Assembly: GCA_964596925.1 (NCBI GenBank) | Contig: CAZQWQ010000040.1 | Span: 65,469-129,468 of the forward strand | Direction: 5' to 3' | DNA from: an uncultured Gemmatimonadaceae bacterium | Lineage (GTDB): Bacteria > Gemmatimonadota > Gemmatimonadetes > Gemmatimonadales > GWC2-71-9 | DNA: 64,000 nt | Shown here: in pieces, positions 1-8,236 of the stretch | How the letters are laid out: each line of letters starts with the position of its first letter | Position numbering within the stretch: the stretch's first letter is position 1 | Made by a program: the position numbers and the translations under genes | Notes under the pieces: model-generated | Told to the model about the DNA's origin: nothing | Seen by the model: the letters and a program-made list of their open reading frames with translations, nothing else | Databases searched by the model: none

Positions 1-8
1 TGGAGCGG

Positions 9-1307
9 TTGCTCGCGCGCACGCGCCAGTCCGCCCAGCTGTTCGAGCGTGCGTCGCGCATCCTGCCCTTCGGGGTCGTGTCCTCGTTCCAGAAAATGCA
101 GCCCTACCCGATCTACCTGACGCACGGCAAGGGCAGCCACGTGTGGGACCAGGACGGGCACGAATACCTCGACTTCCACGGCGGCTTCGGGGCGATGGTC
201 GTGGGCCACGCGCATCCCGTGATCGTGGAGGCGATCGCCCGGGCGGCAAGCCGGGGCACGCACTTCGCCGTGACCACGGAGCGGGCGGTCGAATGGGGCG
301 AGGAAATCTGTCGCCGCTTCAAGCTCGAGATGCTGCGCTTCGCCAACTCGGGTACCGAGGCCACGATGGACGCGATTCGCGTGGCGCGGGCAGCCACCGG
401 ACGTGACGTGGTATGCAAGATCGAGGGTTCCTACCACGGTCACCACGACGCGGTGATGTTCTCCGTGCTGCCGAACGCGGACGTGATGGGCGGGCGCGAC
501 CGGCCCGCCATAGCCCCAGTATCCAAAGGGATGACGAAGGACGCCGCCAAGCATGTGTGCGTGGTGCCGTTCAATGATGCCGCGTTCCTGGAGCGCGCCT
601 TCGCCGAGCGCGGTCACGAGATCGCCTGCCTCATCATGGAGCCGGCGATGATGAACATCGGCATCGTGCTGCCGGAGCCGGGGTACCTGCCGCGGGCGCG
701 CGAGCTCTGCACCAAGTACGGCGTGGTGTTGATTTACGACGAGGTGAAGACCGGCTTCACGATCGCCGCGGGCGGCGCCACCGAGCGGTTCGGTGTACAG
801 CCCGACCTCGTGTGCCTCGCCAAGGCGATCGCGGGCGGGCTGCCCGCGGCGGCCTTCGGGGGTCGCGCCGACCTGATGTCGCTCATCACGCAGGGCGTGT
901 CGCAGATGGGGACCTACAACGGCAACCCGCTGGTTGCCGAGGTAGGGCTCGTGATGCTGCGGCAGCTGCTCACGCCGGACGCGTATCGCACCCTGGCGCA
1001 GCTCGGCGCGCGGCTCATCGCCGGCTGCCAGCGGGCAATCGACACCTACGGCATCCCGGCGCACACGGTGAACCTCGACGCCAAGGGCTGCGTGTCGTAC
1101 CGGCCCACGCCGCTGCGAAACTACCGCGACTTCCTCGACACGAAGCCGGACCTGTTCGCCGCGTCGTACCCGTGGCTGTTGAACCGTGGCATTTTCATGA
1201 CGCCGGGCGATGAGGAGCAGTGGACGCTCTCGCTGCAGCACGGCGACGCCGACGTGGATCGGTACGTCGAAGTGTTTACGGAGTTCTGCAAGACCCTGGC
1301 AAGCTAG
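9..1307 (+). CDS. Class-III PLP aminotransferase (glutamate-1-semialdehyde aminomutase-like)
   Basis: 432-aa ORF. Motifs: DFHGGFGAMVVGHAHP, FANSGTEA, EGSYHGH, DEVKTGF, and LAKAIAGG (candidate PLP lysine). The TTG start at nt 9 is in frame with the window edge, so the true 5' end could lie upstream. Confidence 0.85.
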   Translation: MLARTRQSAQLFERASRILPFGVVSSFQKMQPYPIYLTHGKGSHVWDQDGHEYLDFHGGFGAMVVGHAHPVIVEAIARAASRGTHFAVTTERAVEWGEEICRRFKLEMLRFANSGTEATMDAIRVARAATGRDVVCKIEGSYHGHHDAVMFSVLPNADVMGGRDRPAIAPVSKGMTKDAAKHVCVVPFNDAAFLERAFAERGHEIACLIMEPAMMNIGIVLPEPGYLPRARELCTKYGVVLIYDEVKTGFTIAAGGATERFGVQPDLVCLAKAIAGGLPAAAFGGRADLMSLITQGVSQMGTYNGNPLVAEVGLVMLRQLLTPDAYRTLAQLGARLIAGCQRAIDTYGIPAHTVNLDAKGCVSYRPTPLRNYRDFLDTKPDLFAASYPWLLNRGIFMTPGDEEQWTLSLQHGDADVDRYVEVFTEFCKTLAS

Positions 1308-2816
1308 CTAGCGGTTGACGCTCGCCGTGGGGCCGGTCGTGGCGGCGGCCGCCGCGGCCGCTGGCTCGAGCCCGTAGCGCTGGGGATTGCTGCACACCAC
1401 GGCGGCGGCGAGCACCTTGGGGACGTATTCCATCGTCTCCGATGGCAGCATCTTCAGACGGTAGAGGTGCCAGAAGTCGCGGTTCGCCTTTTTGAAGCCG
1501 CCCGGGGTCCGGGCGATCTTGTGCAGCGTTGCGCGCACGCCGTTCTCGCCCCGGTTATAGCTCGCCATCGCGAGCATGAAAGCATCCTCCCCGAATTCCG
1601 CCAGCAGGTTCGCCATGTGACGTGCCGCGGCACGGGTCTGTTTCGCGACGTCGGTGCGCTCGTCCACCTTCCCGTCGACCCGCAGCCCGAGCGCTCGGGC
1701 CGAGACCGGCATCATCTGCCACATCCCGCGCGCTCCCGAGGGATTGCGGGCCATCGGGCTGAACCGCGACTCGGTCCACGCCACGTACCCCAGCACCTCG
1801 GGGAGCTCGAGCGCCCGAAACTCCCGCACCACCATGGGCCAGTACCGCAGCTTGCGCTGGTACACTTCGCGCATGGCCACCGGCTGCTTCAACAACACGT
1901 TGATATGGTACTGGAGCCGCTCCTTGAATATCGGGGGCACCGCATAAGTTTCCGAATCGAACTGCCGCAGAATCGTCCGGATCTCTCGATCCAGCTCGTC
2001 GCCGGCATTCGCGACCTCTACGGCCTTGGCCCGGTCGGCCCGGGCCAAATCGGCGAGCGTGCGCTCGGCGTTGGACGTGGCATCCAGGAAGCGCTGCTCC
2101 AGCAGCGCTAGGCGGGTGGAATCCTGTTCGGCCTGCATCTGCTGCTGGATGTCGTGGATCTGCGCGTCGAAACGCCCCTTCGCGTCGAGCAGTTTCGCGA
2201 TCTGTCGATGCTGCAGGTAGATGACCGTTCCCAACACCCCGATCACTACCAGCGCAGCCGTTGCGACGATTCCCACCACGCGCACCCAGCGCTTCTTGGT
2301 CTGCCGCTTCATGACCTCGGAGACTTCCTGGACCGCGGTCGCGACGTGGTCCATGGTCTTGCGCGATCGCGTGCCGCCGGCCTTGGCCCGCTCCTCGGCG
2401 ATGCGCTGCGCCGTGAGGGCGAGAATCTGCTCCGTGCCCGAGCCGCGCACCGTGGCCTGCAACACCTTCGCGATGTCCGCGGCGTCCTGGCTCGGGTCGT
2501 AGGTGGCGTCGATCGTCACCTCGATGCGCGCCTCGGGCCCATCGGGCGCGCCGAAGCGGATCGTGTCCCCGGTGCGCAGCTCGTGCTTGGCGACGCGCTT
2601 CCCGTTGGCCTGCAGGCCTGCCGGCGTTTCGAGGTCGATCAGGTGGTAGACGCCGTCCTTGAGCACCACGGCGGCGTGATAGGGGGCCACCCGCGGGTCG
2701 CGCGCCGCGTCAAACCGGAGCTCGCAATCGTGCCCCGTGCCGATCCGCAGCCACCGCTTGTCGCTGCTGGTGGAGGTGCCCTGAAGCGAGCCGGAGAGAT
2801 GCGTGAAGCGAATCAT
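1308..2816 (-). CDS. FHA domain - TM helix - coiled coil - SLT lytic transglycosylase fusion protein
   Basis: N-terminus has an FHA-like fold signature (LRIGTGHDCELRF...YHLIDLETPAGLQANGKRV...GDTIRFG). It is followed by a hydrophobic helix (VVGIVATAALVVIGVLGTVIYL) and a long Q/E/R/A-rich helical region. The C-terminus carries SLT motifs (AWTESRFSP...ARGMWQMMP...ASYNRGENGV). Confidence 0.8.
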   Translation of the reverse strand: MIRFTHLSGSLQGTSTSSDKRWLRIGTGHDCELRFDAARDPRVAPYHAAVVLKDGVYHLIDLETPAGLQANGKRVAKHELRTGDTIRFGAPDGPEARIEVTIDATYDPSQDAADIAKVLQATVRGSGTEQILALTAQRIAEERAKAGGTRSRKTMDHVATAVQEVSEVMKRQTKKRWVRVVGIVATAALVVIGVLGTVIYLQHRQIAKLLDAKGRFDAQIHDIQQQMQAEQDSTRLALLEQRFLDATSNAERTLADLARADRAKAVEVANAGDELDREIRTILRQFDSETYAVPPIFKERLQYHINVLLKQPVAMREVYQRKLRYWPMVVREFRALELPEVLGYVAWTESRFSPMARNPSGARGMWQMMPVSARALGLRVDGKVDERTDVAKQTRAAARHMANLLAEFGEDAFMLAMASYNRGENGVRATLHKIARTPGGFKKANRDFWHLYRLKMLPSETMEYVPKVLAAAVVCSNPQRYGLEPAAAAAAATTGPTASVNR

Positions 2817-2892
2817 GGGGGGCTGCCGGAAAGATTACCGGCTACGGTCACGATGCGCTAGTTCGTTCCGACGGCAGCGGCGGGGCGGATGA

Positions 2893-4977
2893 CTAGAACC
2901 GGAACGTCAAGCCGGCGTACAGGAGATCGTGCGCTTCGATGCCGCCGTCCTCCCGGTACCCGGACACAATAATGAACAAGGAGCGCGCCAGACTCACGTC
3001 CAAGTCCGCGGAGACCCAGCGGATATTCAGGGTCGGTGCCGCCGTCCTGTCGTGCTCGGTGCGCCAACCGGAAGTCAGCTGCACGCTGCCCCGACCGAAT
3101 GGCTCGATCCCGAAGGAGACCGAGTTCAACCACCCCTGGCGCCCCCCGGTCGTGTAGCGGGTGCTGCGGGACCGCAGGCTCATCCCCAGCGGAGTGAGGC
3201 GATCGGCCCCGAGGGCCAACGTGAATGTGTTGGCCGTCCCGCTCGAGGCGCCGCCGTTCGTGCGGGCGTCGACGGAGGCTTGGAAATGCCGCGCCGCCCG
3301 GACGGAGAACCCCCCCCACACGCCGCGCCGAAAGGTGTCGTCGAACACTGTGGCCGGGTTGACCACGTCGCGATAGAGGCGCGCGCTGCGCCGGTTGTCC
3401 ACACCGGTCGTGAGGCTGAATCCGGTAGCGACGAGAAACTGAATGTTGGCGAACGTGCTCGTAGGCGAAACCGCCCGCTCGCCGTCGATGCGCCGCCAGG
3501 GTCGGTAGTAGTCAACCTCCTGGACCGCGTAGATCGAAAGGCGGCGCGTGACGTAGTTTCCCTGCAGGTACATGAACTCCCGGTTCGTGTAGCCGTTCAG
3601 GTACGAGCCGCTCGCCCCCAGCGTCACCGACCACCGTCGCAACGACTCAGGGCGATTGTGGCGGCGCAGATACCCGCCCAGCAACGCGACGTCGCTCGAG
3701 AAGCCCAGGTTGATCAGCTCCGGCTGCGTCCCGGCGAACAACCCGTAGTCCCACGCCGGCAACCCGACCTCGGCAGACGCACCGTCCACCAGTCCCACCG
3801 AGGAGATCCCCGGGGCGTACTGGCGTCCGGTCGTGAACCGGTACGGCGACCCTGGCGCCTGCCAGGAGACGGCCGCCTGATACACGCGGGTCTGGTCATG
3901 ATGGTTGGTGCCACCGGGCAGCACTTGCACCTGGTGGCGGCTGCGCAGGTCGAGCACGAGCCCGATCGGTGACCCCCCCAATCCGACGCCCGTGAGACGG
4001 ATGTCCCCTGATGGCTGTGAAAATCGCCCGCCAAGGGAATCACGCTGCTCGACGGACAGGTAATAGAGCCCGATCCGGCCGCGGATTCTGCCGACGTTCG
4101 ACCGGCGGGACGGACGTGGCGAGACCGGGCGCGGCGCCGGCGCGCGGGCCGTGGCGGCGGGGCTCGAGTCACGCGCCGCGTCAACGGGCTGGAACCGCAC
4201 CGAATCGCCAAGCACCAGGCTGTCGGTCTTGCTGACGATTTGGCACGAAGACTGGTGGGTGGAGACGAAGGCGACTCGAAGCTCGGCGACCGAACGCCCG
4301 GCTCGAACGACATTCACTCGGATGCCTTCGGCCAGCCCTTCCGCCTTCCCCGCACTGATGTACACCGAACTGCTCGTCAGAAACGTCACCCGTGCCGTTC
4401 TGGTCGACGGCCCCGCCGGTGCGGGCAGACGTGATGCCACTGGTGGAGGCACCGGTGGTAGCCCCGCCATGGAAGGCGCAGCGACGGCCGAGTCTGACCG
4501 CGGTGCAACGCGCCCCGGTGGGGACACGCGCGGTGGTTGGGGCGCGGCTGGCCGGGTGGGCGACACCGGCGCGGGCGGCTGGGGTCGGGGCGCCGCCGGC
4601 GCATCGACGGCCGGAGGTCTCAAAACCGGCGGAGACGGAGCAGCCGGCGCGGCTACCGCGGAGTTCGGACGACCAGCGGGCACAAACCGGGCGGAGTCGC
4701 CCGCGATGAGCGCGAGTGGTCGACTCGTGATCTCGCCCTTCATCTGATGGGCACCGAGCGAAATGACCCTCAGGATGGCCACGGGGCGACCGCCGCGCAC
4801 GATCTCCACGCGGGTCCATTGGCGCACGCCCTCGGAGGTCCCCGCGTCGATGGACACGGTGCCGGACGTTACCTCGATCACGCGCGCCCAGCGATACGGA
4901 TCGTCCTGCTGACCCAACCCGGCGGACGCCGGCAACAACAGGCCGGCCACCAATCCCCATTCCAGCCTGCCGCGCAT
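2893..4977 (-). CDS. Outer-membrane beta-barrel protein with two repeated N-terminal domains and a Pro/Ala-rich linker (candidate porin partner of the cytochromes)
   Basis: I chose the internal ATG at 4977 (MRGRLEWGLVAGLLLPASAGLGQQ, signal-peptide-like), which overlaps the upstream stop as TGATG. The C-terminal ~385 aa have alternating beta-strand-like composition and end in ...YAGLTFRF, an aromatic terminus typical of OM barrels. No family name recognised. Confidence 0.65.
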   Translation of the reverse strand: MRGRLEWGLVAGLLLPASAGLGQQDDPYRWARVIEVTSGTVSIDAGTSEGVRQWTRVEIVRGGRPVAILRVISLGAHQMKGEITSRPLALIAGDSARFVPAGRPNSAVAAPAAPSPPVLRPPAVDAPAAPRPQPPAPVSPTRPAAPQPPRVSPPGRVAPRSDSAVAAPSMAGLPPVPPPVASRLPAPAGPSTRTARVTFLTSSSVYISAGKAEGLAEGIRVNVVRAGRSVAELRVAFVSTHQSSCQIVSKTDSLVLGDSVRFQPVDAARDSSPAATARAPAPRPVSPRPSRRSNVGRIRGRIGLYYLSVEQRDSLGGRFSQPSGDIRLTGVGLGGSPIGLVLDLRSRHQVQVLPGGTNHHDQTRVYQAAVSWQAPGSPYRFTTGRQYAPGISSVGLVDGASAEVGLPAWDYGLFAGTQPELINLGFSSDVALLGGYLRRHNRPESLRRWSVTLGASGSYLNGYTNREFMYLQGNYVTRRLSIYAVQEVDYYRPWRRIDGERAVSPTSTFANIQFLVATGFSLTTGVDNRRSARLYRDVVNPATVFDDTFRRGVWGGFSVRAARHFQASVDARTNGGASSGTANTFTLALGADRLTPLGMSLRSRSTRYTTGGRQGWLNSVSFGIEPFGRGSVQLTSGWRTEHDRTAAPTLNIRWVSADLDVSLARSLFIIVSGYREDGGIEAHDLLYAGLTFRF

Positions 4978-6242
4978 CAGTGCCGCCCATCGGGATGGCA
5001 GCGGTAGCAGGCCTGGCTGTCGTACGAATAGCCGGAGCGGCCGGAGTGCTTCGGATCCATTTCGCTCTGGCGGTGACACGACAGACAGTCGAACTGCCGG
5101 TAGTCACTCGGGTTGACGTGACAGGTAGAGCAGGAGTCCCACCGCCCCCGATGGGCTCCCGAATAGATCGGGAAGTATTGCGCGTCGTGGTTGGTGTAGG
5201 TCGCGGAGGTCCAGAGCGTCGTCGTGTGGCACGCCGCGCAATCCGTCGGGAACTGCGCCTGCTGGTGGTTCGGGTCGGTCGTCGTGTTGTAGTCGGTCTG
5301 GTGACACGATACGCACGTCGTCGGCTTCGCTTGGTACACGCCGTCGCCGTGACACTGGTCGCAGGTCGCCTGGATGTGCGCTCCGGTGAGGGGAAACCCG
5401 GTGTTGCCGTGGTTGAACGACGCGGTAGTCCATGTGACCGTAGTGTGGCACGCCGTGCAGTCGGTCGGGAACTGCGCCTGTTGGTGGTTCGGGTTATTGG
5501 TGTTGTTGAAATCCGTTTGATGGCACGACACGCACGTCGTTGGCAGCGCGCCAAACCCGCCGGTCCCGTGGCACTGGGCGCAATTGACGGCCAGGTGCGC
5601 CCCGGTCAGAGGGAACCGCGTGGCGTTGTGGTCGATTCTCGCCCCCTGCCAGCTCACCGCGGCATGGCATTGCTCGCAATTCTGCGAGAACCCGCCGGCC
5701 GCGTGATCCGGATTGCGGGTGTCCTGATAGTCCCTCAGGTGGCAATCGAAGCACGACGTGGAGCGGGCGACGAAGGACATCTGTCCCGACGACGCCCGCG
5801 TGTGACAGCTCTCGCAGTCGACGGCGATGTGGGCGCCGCTAAGGGGGAAGCGCGTGAGTTGGTGCGCTCGCAACATCCCCGTCCGGTCGATGAAGCTGCG
5901 CGGCGTATGGCAGCGCGCGCACGAAGTGCCGAGCTCGCCCTGGTGCGGGTCCTTGTGACACGAGACGCAGTCGCGTGCGGCGCCCTTGAAGGTGAGGGAC
6001 GTATGGCACGATCGGCAGGTGACGGTGGCATGCGCGCCGTCGAGCGGGAATCCGGCCGCCGCTTTGCTGTGATCGAACCTCGCGCTGATCCGCGCCGGGG
6101 TCCACGCCTCGGAACTGTGGCAGACGGCGCACTGCTGCGCGAGCCGTCCGTGCGGATTCTGGGTATCGGGCCGCTGGGCGGCTGCCCCGGCGGGCATGCC
6201 GGCAATCAGCGTGCACCACAGGACCTTTGACCGGAGGTTCAT
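4977..6242 (-). CDS. Periplasmic multiheme c-type cytochrome, 16 CxxCH motifs
   Basis: Start is ATG at 6242 (MNLRSKVLWCTLIAGMPAGAAAQ signal), in an ATGA overlap with the upstream stop. I counted 16 CxxCH motifs in 421 aa. Modules of the form F(D/N)H..FPL(T/S)GAH..CxxCH recur, resembling doubled-CxxCH/cytochrome c7-c3-like repeats. The 801-aa ORF-track version is an artefactual 5' extension. Confidence 0.9.
   Translation of the reverse strand: MNLRSKVLWCTLIAGMPAGAAAQRPDTQNPHGRLAQQCAVCHSSEAWTPARISARFDHSKAAAGFPLDGAHATVTCRSCHTSLTFKGAARDCVSCHKDPHQGELGTSCARCHTPRSFIDRTGMLRAHQLTRFPLSGAHIAVDCESCHTRASSGQMSFVARSTSCFDCHLRDYQDTRNPDHAAGGFSQNCEQCHAAVSWQGARIDHNATRFPLTGAHLAVNCAQCHGTGGFGALPTTCVSCHQTDFNNTNNPNHQQAQFPTDCTACHTTVTWTTASFNHGNTGFPLTGAHIQATCDQCHGDGVYQAKPTTCVSCHQTDYNTTTDPNHQQAQFPTDCAACHTTTLWTSATYTNHDAQYFPIYSGAHRGRWDSCSTCHVNPSDYRQFDCLSCHRQSEMDPKHSGRSGYSYDSQACYRCHPDGRH
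5187..5615 (-). repeat. Intragenic tandem duplication of a 73-aa (219-nt) tri-heme module in the 16-heme cytochrome
   Basis: The residues 210-352 region contains FPLTGAH.A..C.QCHG.G......PTTCVSCHQTD.N.T..PNHQQAQFPTDC.ACHTT..WT.A twice with near-identical sequence. For example, GTCGGGAACTGCGCCTG(T/C)TGGTGGTTCGGGT occurs at ~5246 and ~5465. Confidence 0.8.
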
Positions 6243-8236
6243 GGACGGACTCCATCCCCGTGGCAAGACTCGCAGCGGGCGGAAACGGGACGATATCGGA
6301 CCATGCGCGCGTTGCCCGGACCGACGGCTTGTGGGTGGCACTTGGCGCACGGCACATTGGCGTGCCCACCGCGCAGGGGGAACTTCGTGTCCCGATCGTG
6401 ATCGAAGCGCGACGCCGGGGCGAATGCGTCGGGATCGTGACAGCTCTCGCACCGGCCGCGGTCGCGCCGGTTGGCGAACTGATCGCCGTGCGGCGTATCG
6501 TGACACCCCTGGCACCCCTTCGCGGACGACGTGAACAACAACGGCGCCCCCGTCCAACGGACCAGTACGAGGGACGACTTCGCCGGGGGGCGCCGCAGCT
6601 CGCCATGACAGCTGACGCAGGGGACGGCGCGATGGGCCCCCTCGAGCGTGAACGGGTACCGCGCGTGCTGCGCGACGTCGATCGTGGACGGCCGGTAGCT
6701 CCGGACAGTGTGACACCCGAGACATCCGGTGGGCACAGGGTGCGCCCCGCCGGCGGCGAAGCGCCCCTGGTGCGGGTCGACGTGGCACGAAACGCACTCG
6801 AGCTCGCCGAGTCGGAACAGCACCGCGGCCTTCCCGAGCGTCGTCGTCCGTGGCAGCGGCGCGAGACCGGTGCGCTTGCCACCGTGGCAGGCCTTGCAGC
6901 TGATCTCGACGTGCTGGCCCTCGATCCGGAACCGCGTCGCAGCGTGGGCGGCGACGGTGAACGTGCTCGGCGTCCAGCCCGCCATGTCGTGGCAGGCCGA
7001 GCATTCGCCGTTGTCCGCTCGGACCGTGAGCTGCCCCCCGTGGTCGTCGCGATGGCAATCCACGCAGCGCGCAAACGCTGGACGCATCTGGATGCGCGCG
7101 GACCCGAGCTGTGCGGCGAGCACACCAGGCGGATTCTTCACGTGGCAGGAGACACAGGGGACACGCTGATGCTTCCCTTCGAGCGGGTACTTCGTCTTGC
7201 CGTGCTGCGCCACCGTGAACGCCGCGACCTTGAATCCGGCCACCGTGTGACACGAGCCGCAGTCCACGGCAACGCCGGCGAGGGTCGCGGTGCCGGCGTG
7301 CGGATCCGTGTGGCAGTCGGTGCACCTGGCGAACGGTGGGTTCTTGGTCCTCAGGCCGGGCACATCGTGGCACTTGGCGCACGTCACGCCGGCATGCTGC
7401 CCACGCAGCGGGTAGCGCGTGCGGTTGTGATCGAAATTGCCGCGGTCGATCACCTGGAAGCCCCTGGTCACATGGCAGTCACGGCAGGCCCCCGTGAACC
7501 GGCCCCGATGGGGATCGGCGTGACATGCGAGGCAATCCCGATGGGTGACCGGCTTGAACACCGGCACCGTGTCGCCGGTTGCCGTCTTGTGGCAGGCGGC
7601 GCAGCGCACGTCCACGTGCTTCCCGGTGAGCGGGTAGGCCGATTTCGCGTGGTCGAAACGCGGCGCCGGTTTCCATCGTGCCTGATCGTGACAGGTGAGG
7701 CAATCCTGATTCAGCGCCCTCCGGTGCACGTCCTGGTGACACGCCGTGCAGGTTTGCTCCAGGCCAACCCAGCCCGCTGCGGCGCCCGTGCGCGGGGAGA
7801 GCGTGGCCGCCGCGCCGACCCGGTAGGAGGTCTTGTGGCAATCGGCACACTTCGTCGTTTGATGACGTCCTTCGAGCGACCAGCCCGCTTGGGCGTGGTC
7901 GAACCGGAGGACATCGCCGCCGGGCCAGCTGATCATGGAGAATGCGCGTCCAGCGTGGTCGGGATGACAGCTGGCGCAGCGCTCCCCCCGTCGCCGGGCG
8001 TGATACCCGCGGCCTTGCTGCACCAGCCAGGGGATCTCCTTGTGACATTGGAGGCAGAGCGACGTCATCTGCTCCTTTCCTCCACCGCCGTGACAGGAAA
8101 CGCAGCGTCGCGTCCCTTCGAGTTGCGCGTGAGGCTGCGCCAAGGGGCCGGGCGAAATCTGGGCTCGCGCGGCGGGCGCTCCGCCGAGGCTTGCCCATGC
8201 CGACACCAGTACGACGAGTGCGCCTGCACGCCTCAC
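6239..8236 (-). CDS. Multiheme c-type cytochrome, 23 CxxCH motifs
   Basis: The GTG at 8236 forms a GTGA overlap with the upstream stop; an alternative GTG lies at 8245. Signal-like N-terminus VRRAGALVVLVSAWASLGGAPAARAQ. I counted 23 CxxCH motifs in ~665 aa, with the same repeated H..(Y/F)PL.G.H...CxxCH...CxxCH.DPH modules. Confidence 0.85.
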   Translation of the reverse strand: MRRAGALVVLVSAWASLGGAPAARAQISPGPLAQPHAQLEGTRRCVSCHGGGGKEQMTSLCLQCHKEIPWLVQQGRGYHARRRGERCASCHPDHAGRAFSMISWPGGDVLRFDHAQAGWSLEGRHQTTKCADCHKTSYRVGAAATLSPRTGAAAGWVGLEQTCTACHQDVHRRALNQDCLTCHDQARWKPAPRFDHAKSAYPLTGKHVDVRCAACHKTATGDTVPVFKPVTHRDCLACHADPHRGRFTGACRDCHVTRGFQVIDRGNFDHNRTRYPLRGQHAGVTCAKCHDVPGLRTKNPPFARCTDCHTDPHAGTATLAGVAVDCGSCHTVAGFKVAAFTVAQHGKTKYPLEGKHQRVPCVSCHVKNPPGVLAAQLGSARIQMRPAFARCVDCHRDDHGGQLTVRADNGECSACHDMAGWTPSTFTVAAHAATRFRIEGQHVEISCKACHGGKRTGLAPLPRTTTLGKAAVLFRLGELECVSCHVDPHQGRFAAGGAHPVPTGCLGCHTVRSYRPSTIDVAQHARYPFTLEGAHRAVPCVSCHGELRRPPAKSSLVLVRWTGAPLLFTSSAKGCQGCHDTPHGDQFANRRDRGRCESCHDPDAFAPASRFDHDRDTKFPLRGGHANVPCAKCHPQAVGPGNARMVRYRPVSARCESCHGDGVRP

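Noticed and set aside
6243-7382. 5' extensions in the ORF track. Examples: the 801-aa version of the 16-heme gene, the 880-aa version of the 23-heme gene, the 496-aa version of the LuxR regulator, the 413-aa CDF, the 1227-aa Mfd and the 702-aa BatA-like gene.
   Set aside because: The extended N-termini are Arg/Pro-rich junk that overlap the preceding gene. In each case an internal start yields a proper signal peptide or family N-terminus and a GTGA/ATGA/TGATG junction with the upstream stop.
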